The notes under the pieces are model-generated. The model had not been told where the DNA came from. It made no database searches and saw only the letters and a list, made by a program, of their open reading frames with translations. Shown here one piece after another: positions 15,751 to 15,897 of a DNA stretch of 15,897 nucleotides. Location of the stretch: the NCBI GenBank assembly GCA_040754455.1, contig JBFMCP010000051.1, forward strand, positions 1-15,897, read 5' to 3'. Origin of the DNA: Nitrospirota bacterium. GTDB lineage: Bacteria; Nitrospirota; Thermodesulfovibrionia; Thermodesulfovibrionales; Dissulfurispiraceae. The position numbers and the translations under genes are program-made. Position 1 is the stretch's first letter; every line of letters starts with the position of its first letter.

Positions 15751-15897
15751 TGCATAAGCGACATGATCGGCGGGAGTGTCCGCCTAACTGTGTAAGTTAG
15801 AATTTCTAACCAAACACAGGAGGTGGACTAGGGGGAAGAAAAAGGCTTCCCGGCCAGAGGAAGTAAGGGCCCGCATCAAGCAACTCGTTCAGCTCCC

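Overview
This is a mostly core-genome bacterial window, GC-rich in its coding regions, from an anaerobe. Gene content suggests Nitrospirota/Thermodesulfovibrionia or Desulfobacterota, which is an inference only. In order it contains: the 3' part of an AddA/UvrD-type helicase-nuclease; an SPFH/stomatin - TVP38/DedA - sensor-kinase-like operon; the yceD-rpmF-plsX-fabH operon (minus strand); divergently, a 15-heme and a 4-heme c-type cytochrome; an aldehyde:ferredoxin oxidoreductase plus a tandem class II aldolase-like gene (minus strand); a stand-alone divergent Mur ligase; and tRNA-Val(GAC), followed by an AT-richer, gene-fragment-like region that may be an island edge. The most unusual signals are: (1) the kinase has Asp instead of the phospho-acceptor His and a duplicated His-rich membrane sensor; (2) the AOR/aldolase pair, whose aldolase carries a CX4CX4CX3C insert; (3) a 15-heme cytochrome bracketed by CX4CH and CX3CH motifs; (4) two heptamer-built inverted-repeat elements, one of which supplies the AOR stop codon. 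No CRISPR array or intact transposase was seen.
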